A stretch of DNA of 64,000 bases, taken from Smithellaceae bacterium (GTDB lineage Bacteria; Desulfobacterota; Syntrophia; Syntrophales; Smithellaceae). Shown piece after piece: positions 51,455-62,180 of this stretch. Under the pieces are notes generated by a model. The model worked only from the letters and a program-made list of their open reading frames with translations, searched no databases and had not been told where the DNA came from. The position numbers and the translations under genes were made by a program. The stretch lies in the NCBI GenBank assembly GCA_963667845.2, contig CAXXVL010000001.1, positions 800,001 to 864,000 on the forward strand, read 5' to 3'. Position 1 is the stretch's first letter. Every line of letters begins with the position of its first letter.

Positions 51455-53449
51455 ATGGAAAAGTTTTCACTCATTACGGATTTTATCCCGAGCGGGGATC
51501 AGCCGCAGGCCATCGATAAACTGACTGAGGGATTGGTTGACGGCAAGGGCCATCAAGTGCTTTTAGGTGTGACCGGCTCCGGCAAAACCTTCACCATTGC
51601 CAATGTCATCGCGCGTGCCGGACGAACGGCGCTGGTCATCGCACATAATAAAACGCTGGCCGCGCAGTTGTATGAAGAATTCAAAGGCCTTTTCCCGGAC
51701 AACGCTGTGGAATACTTCGTCAGCTATTACGACTACTATCAACCGGAAGCTTACCTGCCGACCACCGACACCTATATTGAAAAAGATTCCGCGATCAACG
51801 AGGAAATCGACAAGCTGCGCCACGCGGCGACGTACGCGCTGCTGACGCGCCGGGACGTCATCATTGTCGCCAGTGTATCCTGCATCTATGGCCTGGGTTC
51901 GCCTGAGTCGTATCTGGGCATGATCGTCCAGCTGGAAGTGGGCAAAGAAATCCCCCGCGAAGAGATATTGAAGCGGCTCATTGAAATTCAGTATGAACGA
52001 AACGACATCGATTTTCACCGGGGGACGTTTCGCGTGCGCGGCGATGTGGTCGAAATCTTTCCTCCGTACGAAGATGAGCAGGCGCTCCGGATAGAATTTT
52101 TCGGCGACATGATCGAAGCCATATACCTGATCGATCCTCTCCGCGGTAAAAAGCTTGGAGCGCTCTCCAAAACCGCCATTTATCCCAGCAGCCACTATGT
52201 TACGACGCAGGATAATCTCAAGCGGGCTACCGCCGATATCCGCGCGGAGCTGGCCGTGACACTGGCCGAACTCAAGGCCCAGAACAAACTCGTGGAGGCG
52301 CAGCGCCTCGAGCAGCGCACCAACTTTGATCTGGAGATGATGGAAGAGATGGGCTACTGCCAGGGCATCGAAAACTATTCCCGCCACCTGACGGGCCGCA
52401 AGCCCGGTGAACCGCCGCCGACGCTCATGGAATACCTGCCGAAAGACGCTTTGATCATTATCGATGAAAGCCACGCCACGCTGCCGCAGGTGGCCGGCAT
52501 GTTCCGCGGCGACCGGTCGCGGAAGGAAACGCTAGTGAAATACGGGTTTCGTCTGCCCTCCGCGCTGGACAACCGTCCCTTGCGCTTTGAAGAATACGAG
52601 GCTCTGCCCAACCAGCGAATTTATATTTCGGCGACGCCGGCCGTTTACGAGATGGAAAAAGCGCGCGGTATCCGCGTGGAGCAGATCATCCGTCCCACGG
52701 GACTCATGGACCCGGTAATCGAAATTAAACCCGCCCGGCAGCAGGTGGACGATCTGCTGGAAGAAATCCGCCTGCGCGTCAAAAAAGAGGAGCGTGTGCT
52801 CGTGACCACACTGACCAAACGCATGGCGGAAAATTTGACGGATTATTACAGCGGCCTGGGCATCCGCGTGCGCTATCTCCATTCCGACATTCACACACTC
52901 GAACGCGTCAGCATCATCCGCGATTTGCGTCTGGGAGAGTTTGACGTACTGGTCGGCGTCAATTTGCTGCGCGAAGGTCTTGATATTCCCGAGGTGTCGC
53001 TGGTGGCGATCCTCGACGCCGACAAGGAAGGTTTTCTGCGCTCTGAACGATCACTCATTCAGACAAGCGGCCGCGCTGCCAGAAACGTGAACGGCAAGGT
53101 GATCATGTATGCGGATAAAATCACCAGATCCATTCAGGCCTGCCTTGATGAAACGGCCCGCCGCCGCACCATCCAGGCAAGATATAACGAAGAAAACAAT
53201 ATCACGCCCGAAACCATCAAAAAAACGATCAGCAACGTTCTCGGTTCCATCTACGAAGCCGATTATGTGACGATACCCGTGGATAGCAGAGGGAAAGCCA
53301 TTCCGGAAAGAGAAGAAGATCTGCCGGTGCTCATTAAGAAACTGACGGCGGATATGAAGCAGGCGGCAAAAGATCTGGAATTCGAAAAAGCCGCTGGGCT
53401 TCGCGATGAAATCAAAGAACTGAACAAAATCCTGATCGAGATGGGCTAG
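51455..53449 (+). CDS. uvrB: Excinuclease ABC subunit B
   Basis: [28 protein letters not shown]-terminal UVR domain. Confidence 0.98.
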   Translation: MEKFSLITDFIPSGDQPQAIDKLTEGLVDGKGHQVLLGVTGSGKTFTIANVIARAGRTALVIAHNKTLAAQLYEEFKGLFPDNAVEYFVSYYDYYQPEAYLPTTDTYIEKDSAINEEIDKLRHAATYALLTRRDVIIVASVSCIYGLGSPESYLGMIVQLEVGKEIPREEILKRLIEIQYERNDIDFHRGTFRVRGDVVEIFPPYEDEQALRIEFFGDMIEAIYLIDPLRGKKLGALSKTAIYPSSHYVTTQDNLKRATADIRAELAVTLAELKAQNKLVEAQRLEQRTNFDLEMMEEMGYCQGIENYSRHLTGRKPGEPPPTLMEYLPKDALIIIDESHATLPQVAGMFRGDRSRKETLVKYGFRLPSALDNRPLRFEEYEALPNQRIYISATPAVYEMEKARGIRVEQIIRPTGLMDPVIEIKPARQQVDDLLEEIRLRVKKEERVLVTTLTKRMAENLTDYYSGLGIRVRYLHSDIHTLERVSIIRDLRLGEFDVLVGVNLLREGLDIPEVSLVAILDADKEGFLRSERSLIQTSGRAARNVNGKVIMYADKITRSIQACLDETARRRTIQARYNEENNITPETIKKTISNVLGSIYEADYVTIPVDSRGKAIPEREEDLPVLIKKLTADMKQAAKDLEFEKAAGLRDEIKELNKILIEMG

Positions 53450-53499
53450 CAGAATATTTCGCCAAAAGCATCAAGGCAGTTGGTCACAGAGAGCCGATC

Positions 53500-53817
53500 A
53501 TGAAACAAACGCAATCCCTGTCAACGTCCCGCTGGTCCGGTCGGGTCACCCGCGAGAGCAATGCCCTGGATCTGGAAAGCGGCGTATTCACGTGGTCCGA
53601 TCCCGTGAAGATCGCGCAGTCTCTTAAAGAATCAGCCGAACGCAGCACTCGCCGCAAAGCGCCGCCCTATCAATCCGCCATGTCCATGCTCGTGTTTTAT
53701 ATCAACCGGGCGGGCAGAAACCTCGATGAAGAACAGCGCGGGATTCTGGAACAGGCTAAAGAAGAGCTGCGCCGGTTATACGGCAGGACCGGCGGGTTCG
53801 TCCTGAGCGGCAGATGA
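53500..53817 (+). CDS. DUF3175-like protein
   Basis: WSGRVTRESNALDLE, SAMSMLVFYINRAG. Confidence 0.8.
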   Translation: MKQTQSLSTSRWSGRVTRESNALDLESGVFTWSDPVKIAQSLKESAERSTRRKAPPYQSAMSMLVFYINRAGRNLDEEQRGILEQAKEELRRLYGRTGGFVLSGR

Positions 53818-53870
53818 GCCTGCATGCCGCCGTCGTTTGAACCGCGGAAGCCCAGACATCCCCGCAACCC

Positions 53871-56339
53871 TTACGCCAGAATGGTTCCCGTTTTGATGAT
53901 GTTGACGCTCTGAATCTGATTGTCCGGAAAGCCCAGAAGATGTACAATGATGTCGATGGGCCGAACGGAACCCGCCTGGGCGTGGCGCAGAGTCACGGCC
54001 ACTTTTTTCTGCCCGGGGTTAAGGGTCATCGCCTCGACAAAGGGACGGATGTCCCGGATGACCGTCTTTCCTTTGGACAGCCTGGAAATCGGAAATGATG
54101 AGGCGGCCAGAAATTGTTCGATGCCGCAAGCGATGTCGCTCAACTTTTGATCGTCTATATCCGGGGGCAGCATCAGCTCATAGGTAAAACCATAAAGCGC
54201 GCGGGCCAGGTCTTTCGCGACATAGGAAAGCAATTGAATGTCCGTGATCTCCACGCCCTCGGGCAGCGCGGCGTTGATTTCGTTTTTCAATACAGACAGG
54301 TTCTGCGGATACTCGAGGGCTGTGACGTCCATATATTCCTGACAACTGGCCATTCCCACCGCTGTGGCGGTGGCGAAGGATATTTTCGGATGCGGATGAA
54401 AGCCTTCCGAATAGGCAAGAGAAAGCGAGCTGCGGCGCAGGGCGCGGGTGAGCGCCGCTGCCAGTTCCAGATGAGACAGAAATCGCGAGCGGCCCATCTT
54501 GGTAAAGCTCAGACGATAAACTTTTTCCCGAACGAGAGCCGGTTTTTTCTCGCTCGCCCCGGTGATTTGCGGGGTCTGATCCGAAAAAATATTTTTAACG
54601 TCTTTAAAATCGCAGACGCCGCAATTCTGACAAGCATCGTAGCGGCAATCCGGCGTCGCCGTTTGTTCATCGGCTTTTTGCCTTTCGGCGAGAAGAAAAT
54701 CACGGCTTACGCCGCAGTCGATGTTGTCCCAGGGCAGAGGTTCGCCGGTCGACCGGTTACACAAATAGTTGCCGGCGTCAATCCCCGTTTCCGCGAAGGC
54801 TTCCTGCCAGAGATCAAAACGAAATATTTCGCTCCAGCCGTCAAAGCGGCAGCCCTTCCGAAAGGCGCATAAGAGAAGGTCTCCGATCTTTTCATCGCCT
54901 CGGGAAAACAGGCCTTCCAGAAGGCTCATCCGCGCATCGTGCCATTTGACGCTGAGATTGCGGTTATTCATCCGCTGGCGGATAAACTTCTGCCGCGCGT
55001 ACGTTTCGTCGACCGTCAACTGCTTGTCCCACTGGAAGGGCGTGTGCGGCTTGGGAACGAAGGTCGAGAGGCTCACGGTAACCTGGCCGCGGTGACGGGC
55101 CGCGCGCAGGGCCTGGTAGGCGAGATCGATGATGCCCGCGAGGTCGCTTTCTTCCTCCCCGGGCAGGCCGATCATGAAATACAGTTTGATGGATTTCCAG
55201 CCCGCGGCAAAAATCTTATCCACAGATGCGAGCAGATCCTCGGCGGTGTTGCCCTTGTTGATTACCCGGCGCATTTTATCGGTTCCCGCTTCCGGCGCCA
55301 GGGTGAAACTGGTCTTGCGCGTGCGCTTGATTTCTTCGATCAGCGTCTCGCTCAGCGACTCGACGCGCAATGACGGCAGCGCGAGGGCGACCCTTTCGGC
55401 ATAATGTTTTTGCATGAGATTCTGAATCAGCGGCTCGATGCAGCTGTAGTCTCCGGAGCTGAGCGCCAAAAGCGAGACTTCATCGTGGCCCGTCGAACGG
55501 AGCGCCTGGTCGGCCATGTCCGCAATCAGCTGCGCATTTCTTTCCCGGTAAGGACGCCAGAGCATGCCCGCCTGGCAGAAACGGCACCCGCGGGTGCAGC
55601 CGCGGGCGATTTCCAGCACGATGCGGTCATGAACGGTTTGCATGAGCGGCACGACGGGCGCCACGGGATGAGGCCAGAGATTGATATCGATCGGTTTTCT
55701 TTTTGTGATCCGCGTATGCTTTCCATGCACGGCGGGGACATAGACACCGTCGATTGCCGAAAGCGCGTTAAGCAATTGGGCGCGAGACCCCTTTTGTTTT
55801 TTCGCGGCTGCGACGGCGGCGGAGATTTCGGCAACCACTTCTTCGCCTTCACCGATGACAAAAGCGTCGATGAAAGCGGAAAGCGGTGCGGGGTTGAACG
55901 TGCAGGGCCCGCCGGCGATAACGAGGGGGTGACGGTCGAGGCGCTCCCCCGATTTGAGCGGGATGCCTCCCAGGTCGAGCATGCCCAGCATATTGGTATA
56001 GGACAGTTCATATTGCAGCGAAAAACCGATCAGATCAAAATCGTCCATCGGGCTTACGGATTCGAGCGATGTGAGAGGAAGATGGTGTGTGCGCAATTGC
56101 TGCTCCCGATCCGGCCAGGGCGCAAAACAACGTTCGGCGGAAACCTGGGGAAGGGCGTTCAGAACGGCATACAGGATCTGCAGCCCCAGATGCGACATGC
56201 CCACTTCATAGGTGTCGGGGAAGGCCAGTAAAAAGCGCACATCGGCCGCGTCTTTGCGGATGGTATTCACTTCCGCGCCGATGTAACGGCTGGGCTTTTC
56301 GGCGCCGGACAACAGCGCATCGATCGTCTCTTGAGTCAT
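53871..56339 (-). CDS. B12-binding-like radical SAM protein fused to radical SAM-linked domain (TIGR03960/TIGR03936-type)
   Basis: KPSRYIG, FPDTYEVGMSHLG, CTRGCRFC, C-terminal SHLE...YSEGFHPHPK. Confidence 0.9.
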   Translation of the reverse strand: MTQETIDALLSGAEKPSRYIGAEVNTIRKDAADVRFLLAFPDTYEVGMSHLGLQILYAVLNALPQVSAERCFAPWPDREQQLRTHHLPLTSLESVSPMDDFDLIGFSLQYELSYTNMLGMLDLGGIPLKSGERLDRHPLVIAGGPCTFNPAPLSAFIDAFVIGEGEEVVAEISAAVAAAKKQKGSRAQLLNALSAIDGVYVPAVHGKHTRITKRKPIDINLWPHPVAPVVPLMQTVHDRIVLEIARGCTRGCRFCQAGMLWRPYRERNAQLIADMADQALRSTGHDEVSLLALSSGDYSCIEPLIQNLMQKHYAERVALALPSLRVESLSETLIEEIKRTRKTSFTLAPEAGTDKMRRVINKGNTAEDLLASVDKIFAAGWKSIKLYFMIGLPGEEESDLAGIIDLAYQALRAARHRGQVTVSLSTFVPKPHTPFQWDKQLTVDETYARQKFIRQRMNNRNLSVKWHDARMSLLEGLFSRGDEKIGDLLLCAFRKGCRFDGWSEIFRFDLWQEAFAETGIDAGNYLCNRSTGEPLPWDNIDCGVSRDFLLAERQKADEQTATPDCRYDACQNCGVCDFKDVKNIFSDQTPQITGASEKKPALVREKVYRLSFTKMGRSRFLSHLELAAALTRALRRSSLSLAYSEGFHPHPKISFATATAVGMASCQEYMDVTALEYPQNLSVLKNEINAALPEGVEITDIQLLSYVAKDLARALYGFTYELMLPPDIDDQKLSDIACGIEQFLAASSFPISRLSKGKTVIRDIRPFVEAMTLNPGQKKVAVTLRHAQAGSVRPIDIIVHLLGFPDNQIQSVNIIKTGTILA

Positions 56340-56374
56340 GATTCATTTTCCGTTTCGTATTGTTTGCCGCCGGG

Positions 56375-56776
56375 TTATTTTGCCTGTTCCGGAGGAGGGG
56401 GAGCCGCCTGATACTTGAAGGGGTTTTGTTTTACGTCCCGCAGAATGGACAATGTCATTTTCCGTGCGAAATTGGGCGACGAGAGATAATTCAGGGAGTT
56501 CTTCTTAAACGTCTCCAGAAGTTCGGTGCGGACGGATGCGCAATCGGCATCGTAGACAAAAGACCGTTCCAGTTTGTGCTCATAGGTCAATTCTTCACCG
56601 AAAATATTTTTCAGCTTCAGATAGTCATCGGCCGAGGCAAAAAAAGACTCCTGCATATCGATCTTTATCCGAAAGCAAACTTCGACTTTCATGGTGTCTG
56701 CGGCAATGCGCCGGGACAGATCGTAGATCGTAAGGATGAGGCCGTTTGGCAGATCGATAGCTTCGATTAATTCCAT
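56375..56776 (-). CDS. Hypothetical protein
   Basis: Probable start MELIE (track start 56878); same strand and close to the radical SAM gene. Confidence 0.65.
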   Translation of the reverse strand: MELIEAIDLPNGLILTIYDLSRRIAADTMKVEVCFRIKIDMQESFFASADDYLKLKNIFGEELTYEHKLERSFVYDADCASVRTELLETFKKNSLNYLSSPNFARKMTLSILRDVKQNPFKYQAAPPPPEQAK

Positions 56777-56953
56777 GGATATATGTTTCCTGCTCGGGCT
56801 TATTTTTCTTGAGGCGTCCTTATCATTTTTATTCTTGACCTGCAATGCCAATCCTTCTATAAGGTGCCCGGTCTCCACCTTGCCGCAGCGGCAAATGAAT
56901 GAATGATGGATCCTGGAGCGCCCCCGGGAATACCGGGAGAATAATCAGCGGGT

Positions 56954-57781
56954 ATGAGTATAACAGCGTCGTCTTCCAAAATAATGGTTTTATGTCAGCC
57001 GGATGCCGGGAAATCCTGCGGGGCCTGCTGCGGTCTCTACAACTACGTGGACAGTTCGCGTGAAGCACTTCTGCAAAGACTGCGTGCCCGCACGAAACGC
57101 TTCCGTGAAATGGTCCAATCACCGGAGGATATCCCGCGCTACGCAGAGGTAACGTTTGCTCGAGAAGATTTCCGTAAAAGGTATGAGGTCATTTACTGCT
57201 GCGAATATCTTGGTTTTCTGGATCCGGGCGAGCGGAAGGTCGGCTGCCTTGTTCACCCGCTGCAGAATAACGGCGTTGATATGCGGACAGGGTCCTTCTA
57301 TGGGCGCGACGTCTGCGCCGGTCATTTGTGCCCCAGCCACTATTTTATTCCCCGCACCCAGCAGCTTATCTTGTTGAAGATTATCGACGACTGGTATCTC
57401 TACGGGTTGTGCCTGACCGACATTGATCTGGTCGTCACCTATTTCCGTTTGATTGCCGACCGGATCGGCGAGGAGCTTAAGCCTGCGGTATTCGATCATC
57501 AGGAGCTTGCGGACATTGCGCTTGGCTATTTCCAGTGGAAGACAACGTGGCCTTTCCGCTCGGCGGAGACCAACCGGCTGGGCAAATACTATTTTGACGG
57601 GTCACAGTATATGATCAGCCACATTGATTACGAAAAATTCGGCAGGGATATATCACCGCTGAACTCCATATTGCTGAGCCTGTCGTCTGAATTTCACAGC
57701 GCGGATGAACTTGCCGCTGCGGAGAGCATGATCTGGGCCCATATCGATCATTTCCTCGCGCGATACCGCGCCATTTTTTGA
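56954..57781 (+). CDS. Cys-rich hypothetical protein (possible Fe-S/Zn binding)
   Basis: CQPDAGKSCGACCG, CCEYLG, GCLVH, CAGHLCPSH. Confidence 0.75.
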   Translation: MSITASSSKIMVLCQPDAGKSCGACCGLYNYVDSSREALLQRLRARTKRFREMVQSPEDIPRYAEVTFAREDFRKRYEVIYCCEYLGFLDPGERKVGCLVHPLQNNGVDMRTGSFYGRDVCAGHLCPSHYFIPRTQQLILLKIIDDWYLYGLCLTDIDLVVTYFRLIADRIGEELKPAVFDHQELADIALGYFQWKTTWPFRSAETNRLGKYYFDGSQYMISHIDYEKFGRDISPLNSILLSLSSEFHSADELAAAESMIWAHIDHFLARYRAIF

Positions 57782-57787
57782 TTTTGA

Positions 57788-57817
57788 TTGACAGGCGCAA
57801 GAATACTTGAGTAATAT
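57788..57817 (+). promoter_or_regulatory. Sigma70-like promoter upstream of hpt
   Basis: TTGACA-18 bp-TAATAT. Confidence 0.55.
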
Positions 57818-57848
57818 TCACTATCAATTTTGCAGGGAGTAGAGCGAT

Positions 57849-58403
57849 ATGTCCGCCCTATCAAAAGAAATACTCGTGAGCCGGTCGGATATTGCCAGGC
57901 GTGTTCAGGAATTAGCCGATGAGATTTCCCGGGATTATGCCGGGGAAGAAATCCTGATCATCGGGGTCCTCAAGGGGGCATTTATTTTTATGGCGGACCT
58001 GGTCCGGTCCATGTCTGTTTCCTGCCAGACGGATTTTATCCGGGCAACCAGTTACGGCGCCGGGTCCGAAAGCTCGGGCAATATCGTGATTACCAAGGAT
58101 GTTGACCTGGAGGTAAAGGGCCGGGATGTCCTGATTATTGAAGACATCGTCGACACGGGTTTGACGCTTAGGCATATTATGGATAAATTAAGGCTCAGGC
58201 AGCCGAAATCCATCAAGGTCTGCGCTTTTCTCGACAAGCGCAAAAGACGAAAAGTGCCTTTTGAGGCGGACTATGTCGGCTTTACCATGGATGACGGGTT
58301 TATTGTCGGTTATGGTTTGGATTTTGGAGAACAGTATCGTTTCCTGCCCGATCTTTATGTGATTTCGACGGAAGATGACGGGAAAAAAGAGGGAGATCAA
58401 TGA
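57849..58403 (+). CDS. hpt: Hypoxanthine phosphoribosyltransferase
   Basis: GVLKGAFIF, IIEDIVDTG, VGYGLD. Confidence 0.96.
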   Translation: MSALSKEILVSRSDIARRVQELADEISRDYAGEEILIIGVLKGAFIFMADLVRSMSVSCQTDFIRATSYGAGSESSGNIVITKDVDLEVKGRDVLIIEDIVDTGLTLRHIMDKLRLRQPKSIKVCAFLDKRKRRKVPFEADYVGFTMDDGFIVGYGLDFGEQYRFLPDLYVISTEDDGKKEGDQ

Positions 58404-59404
58404 TAGTTCAATGCAAGCAGTGCCGGACGAAATTCCGTTTTGACGATGCTCAGATGGAAGGCGATGGTGTGTGGATGCGCTGCAGCCGCTGCCAGCATGT
58501 TTTCTTCCAGGAGAATCCTCTGAAAATGACTTCTCCAGCCGTCACTGCGCAGGCTCCGCCTGTTTATCATCCCGAGCCTCCGCCCGAAAAGCGCAACGGC
58601 CGATTGGCCTTTGAAGCGGCAGGGGCGGCGCGCCCTTCCGTGAATCGGGATGAGGATGTGAAAGACTTTCTTCAGGACGTGATGACCCAGGAGAAGACGG
58701 CGGACGGCCGATTACAGCCAGAACCCCGATCAACACAGAGAGTCGGGATGAACCTTACGGACATAGAAGTTTCGCCGACGTTTGAAGACCTCGAGGAATC
58801 GGATGAATTTCAGGAAATCGCTGAGGAGGAAACACCGGTTCCGCCTCAGCCGCGTAAGAAAAGCCGCGCCTGGAAGATTGCCCTCTTTGCGATTCTAGTC
58901 ATCATTGTTATTCCGGCCGTCATCTATTTTGTTGTTTTCCCGCAGCTGGGCGATCGCTATATTCAGATTGCCCGCAAATATGCCGGTGTTTCGCAGCAGC
59001 CCGGAGGCCCGTCTGTGATAGGACAGATCAAACTTCAGGATATCCGGCAGCGGGTCATTAACAATTATATTCTGGGCAACATCAGGATCGTGGAGGGGAC
59101 TGCGGTTAATCAGGCGGATTTTTCAATCGCCCGCATCATGGTTAAAGCCGAAATACTCGACGCCTATGCGGTTGTTCTGGATGAGAAGGTGAGCTACGCA
59201 GGCAACGTTCTGACCGATGAAGAACTGACCAATATGTCCGAAGAAGATATCGTGAAAAGATTAGCCCTGCCGGAAGGCCGCAACAATTCCAATGAGCGGG
59301 TCATTCCCAACAGTCGGATCCCTTTTATGATCGTTTTTCCGCGGGATCCGCAGGGTACCATCAAAACAACGGTGACCATCGCCGGCGCCGAGCGTCTGCT
59401 TTAG
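58400..59404 (+). CDS. Zinc-ribbon (MJ0042-type) / DUF3426 membrane protein
   Basis: CKQC...CSRC, disordered linker, one TM, C-terminal IPFMIVF. Confidence 0.85.
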   Translation: MIVQCKQCRTKFRFDDAQMEGDGVWMRCSRCQHVFFQENPLKMTSPAVTAQAPPVYHPEPPPEKRNGRLAFEAAGAARPSVNRDEDVKDFLQDVMTQEKTADGRLQPEPRSTQRVGMNLTDIEVSPTFEDLEESDEFQEIAEEETPVPPQPRKKSRAWKIALFAILVIIVIPAVIYFVVFPQLGDRYIQIARKYAGVSQQPGGPSVIGQIKLQDIRQRVINNYILGNIRIVEGTAVNQADFSIARIMVKAEILDAYAVVLDEKVSYAGNVLTDEELTNMSEEDIVKRLALPEGRNNSNERVIPNSRIPFMIVFPRDPQGTIKTTVTIAGAERLL

Positions 59405-59435
59405 CTCGCAGGCCATCACCTGAACGTGACACGTA

Positions 59436-59470
59436 GCTCATAGGTCATGGCTCATCGCTCGTAGCTCATA
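59436..59470 (+). repeat. Degenerate heptamer tandem repeat (GCTCATA) x5
   Basis: gctcata ggtcatg gctcatc gctcgta gctcata. Confidence 0.7.
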
Positions 59471-59547
59471 GGGCACATGGGGTCAACCGGTTGTTCCCTG
59501 ACAGGTGATTTGATTTTGAACTAGAAAGAAGTAAAAGGTAAAATGTT

Positions 59548-60426
59548 TTGAGATACGAAGGAAATATTTTCCGGCCATTCAGCGAAGCGAACAGCTATCT
59601 GCTTCAATGCACCGTCGGTTGCTCCCATAATCAATGCACCTTCTGCAGTATGTATAAGGACAAGAAATATCGTGTGCGCGAGACCGCGGAGATTATGGAA
59701 GACATCCGCATGGCCAAAGATTCCTACGGCGATGTGGAAAAAGTCTTTTTGTGCGACGGCGATGCGATTGCCATCGAGACGGAAACGCTGCTTAGCATCC
59801 TCCATACCCTTTATGCAACATTTCCTTCGCTTCGGCATGTCGGCAGCTACGTCGGGCCGCAAAGCACGCTTGCGAAATCGCCTGAAGAATTGAGCGCGCT
59901 TAGAAAAGCGGGGCTCACGAAAGCATACATCGGTGTGGAGACCGGCGATGACGAGTTGCTTAGGAAAGTCAAAAAAGGCGTGGGCTACGCCGAAATGCTC
60001 CTGGCCGGACAACGGCTCGTGGAATCGGATATCAATCTATCCGTCATGGTTTTACTGGGACTGGCCGGTCCCGGCGAAGCGTCCGTGCGCCATGCGCTGG
60101 CGACAGCACGGATCTGCAATGAGATGAAACCACAGTACCTGGCTGCGCTGACCGTGACACCGGTTCCGGGAACTGTTCTGTACCGTCAGATGCAGAAGGG
60201 TGAATTTCAGCTGCTGGACCCGTTTGAGACGCTGGCCGAAATGAAAGTGATCTTCGAAAATATTACCATGGACCCTCTTAAATTTGTCGGTACGCACGCC
60301 TCCAATTATCTGCCCATTGTCGGCACGCTGCAAAAAGACAAGCAAAAAATGATCGCCCTGGTCGACAACGTTCTGTCCAGCCGGGACGAAAGACTGCTGC
60401 GTTCCGATTACCAGCGCGGCCTCTAG
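59548..60426 (+). CDS. Radical SAM protein
   Basis: RPFSEA, CSHNQCTFC, HASNY; TTG start. Confidence 0.9.
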   Translation: MRYEGNIFRPFSEANSYLLQCTVGCSHNQCTFCSMYKDKKYRVRETAEIMEDIRMAKDSYGDVEKVFLCDGDAIAIETETLLSILHTLYATFPSLRHVGSYVGPQSTLAKSPEELSALRKAGLTKAYIGVETGDDELLRKVKKGVGYAEMLLAGQRLVESDINLSVMVLLGLAGPGEASVRHALATARICNEMKPQYLAALTVTPVPGTVLYRQMQKGEFQLLDPFETLAEMKVIFENITMDPLKFVGTHASNYLPIVGTLQKDKQKMIALVDNVLSSRDERLLRSDYQRGL

Positions 60427-60688
60427 CAGGCTGTTGAAAAAGGCTCATAACCTAAAGTCACGCGTACCCTAAAGGGCACGCGTATACTGCGTTGCGCTTC
60501 GGCTCTCGCATGCTCACGTACGTTTGAGTACGCTCCGCTGCTCCATCCTCGCGCCGCCTTGTCTCTAAGCCTTTTGTTTCGCCTTCGGCCAGAACCGGCA
60601 GGGAAAAGGCTTTAGGCACAATTGCGCCTCCCTACGGGAACGCGCCCCCGGCGGATAGCCTACACCAGCAGGTTTTTCAACACTTTGC
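60426..60688. mobile_element. MITE-like element (GCAGGCTGTTGAAAAA-type ends), CTAG spanning both ends
   Basis: Left GCAGGCTGTTGAAAAA, right TTTTTCAACACTTTGC, TA on each side; several internal hairpins; no ORF. Confidence 0.75.
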
Positions 60689-60706
60689 TAGTCGACACGA
60701 TTCCCT

Positions 60707-61351
60707 TTAACGAACGATCATCCCTGTTTTTTGTAATATGTCTGCGGGGGTTATTGCGCCTAATCGCAGAATAACCGGTGGGTCCTGGGTTGCATCAACA
60801 ATTGTGGTTGACATTTGCCGGCCTGTTTCGCCGAGATCTACAACAGCATCGATTTTATCGCCGAGCTGGCGGATGACCTCGCCGGCATCCGCGCATTCCG
60901 GCTCGCCCGAGAGATTGGCGCTGGTCGCTGTCAGCGGTTTTCCCGCCATCTGAGCAATTTTCCGCGCCCCGCTGTGGCCCGAAAGCCTGATGCCGATTTT
61001 GCCGCTTCCGGCGGTGAGAAGCGGCGAAACACGGTCGGAAGCTTCAAAGACAATCGTCAGCGGACCCGGCCAGAAAGCGTCCGTGAGCTTGTGAGCGGCG
61101 TCCGCAACGCTCGCGACCAATGGATAGACGTCCTGGCGGTCGCCGATGATGACGGAGATGGGGTTATTAAAATTACGGCCTTTGATGTCGAAGAGCCGGC
61201 GGATGGCCCGCTCGTTTGTGGCGTCTGTGCCCAGGCCGTAAATCGTTTCGGTGGGATAGGCAATAACACCGCCGCCCGATACGATCGCGGCGGCGGCGTT
61301 GATGATGTCTTCTGCGGAATGATCCGCGTCGATTTTCAGAATTTGGGGCAT
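60707..61351 (-). CDS. tsaC: L-threonylcarbamoyladenylate synthase (Sua5/YrdC)
   Basis: YPTETIYGL, KGR, FWPGPLT, TSANLSG; true start may be 61330-61351. Confidence 0.93.
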   Translation of the reverse strand: MPQILKIDADHSAEDIINAAAAIVSGGGVIAYPTETIYGLGTDATNERAIRRLFDIKGRNFNNPISVIIGDRQDVYPLVASVADAAHKLTDAFWPGPLTIVFEASDRVSPLLTAGSGKIGIRLSGHSGARKIAQMAGKPLTATSANLSGEPECADAGEVIRQLGDKIDAVVDLGETGRQMSTTIVDATQDPPVILRLGAITPADILQKTGMIVR

Positions 61352-61500
61352 CAGTGGTTTTCCGGAGTTAAAAAGGATTCATTTTAAAACTGCCCTGTAA
61401 ATAGACCGCCGGCAAGACGCCAGGTCCCCGGGGAGTGAGGTGTACTTTAAGCGTGCACCGCCCGAGACGAGGGAGTGGCGCAATGCTGCTTCCGGGCCGC

Positions 61501-62016
61501 CTACGGGATAGTCATATTTTTCTGCTTCTTCTCTACATCTTTGGCCATCTTTGCTACAAAAGAGGACAGCTTGGCGCAAAGGATTTTATCTTCCAGTGCC
61601 AGAAAACGGACGGCGAAAAGAGCCGCATTTTTTGCTCCGGCTTTGCCGACCGCCATCGTCGCCACGGGAATACCCCCCGGCATCTGTACGGTGGAGAGAA
61701 GGGCATCCAGGCCATGCAGGGACGTGGCGTCGATCGGAACGCCGATAACGGGCAGAAGCGTTTGCGAGGCGATCACGCCGGCAAGATGTGCCGCGGCGCC
61801 CGCGCCGACGATGATGATTTTTACGCCGCGGGAAGCGGCGGTTTTGGCGAACTTCGTTGTTCTCTCCGGCGTGCGGTGTGCGGAGGTCAGAATCAGTTCG
61901 TAGCCGATGCCGAATTCGTCCAGGATTTTTGCCGCTTCCGTCATGACCGGTAAATCGGAATCGCTGCCCATTACAACGCTGACTTGCACATCCGTCTTAG
62001 CGCTTTTGGCTTTCAT
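61501..62016 (-). CDS. purE: N5-carboxyaminoimidazole ribonucleotide mutase
   Basis: MGSDSD, SAHRTP, AAHLAG, QMPGGIPVAT; start MKAKS with RBS GAAGGAG. Confidence 0.96.
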   Translation of the reverse strand: MKAKSAKTDVQVSVVMGSDSDLPVMTEAAKILDEFGIGYELILTSAHRTPERTTKFAKTAASRGVKIIIVGAGAAAHLAGVIASQTLLPVIGVPIDATSLHGLDALLSTVQMPGGIPVATMAVGKAGAKNAALFAVRFLALEDKILCAKLSSFVAKMAKDVEKKQKNMTIP

Positions 62017-62122
62017 GCATGCTCCTTCCAGGGTTGAAATGACGAACACCGCTATTTGTCTGCCGTGTAGATTTGACCGTCCCTTAACGCATCGGGTCGC
62101 GATTTGCAAGATGGTTTTTACC

Positions 62123-62151
62123 TTGACATGTCGTGAGATAGTCTTTAGACT
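62123..62151 (+). promoter_or_regulatory. Sigma70-like promoter upstream of cyclophilin
   Basis: TTGACA-17 bp-TAGACT. Confidence 0.65.
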
Positions 62152-62180
62152 TTCACGACCTATCCTTGAAGGAGATACTG

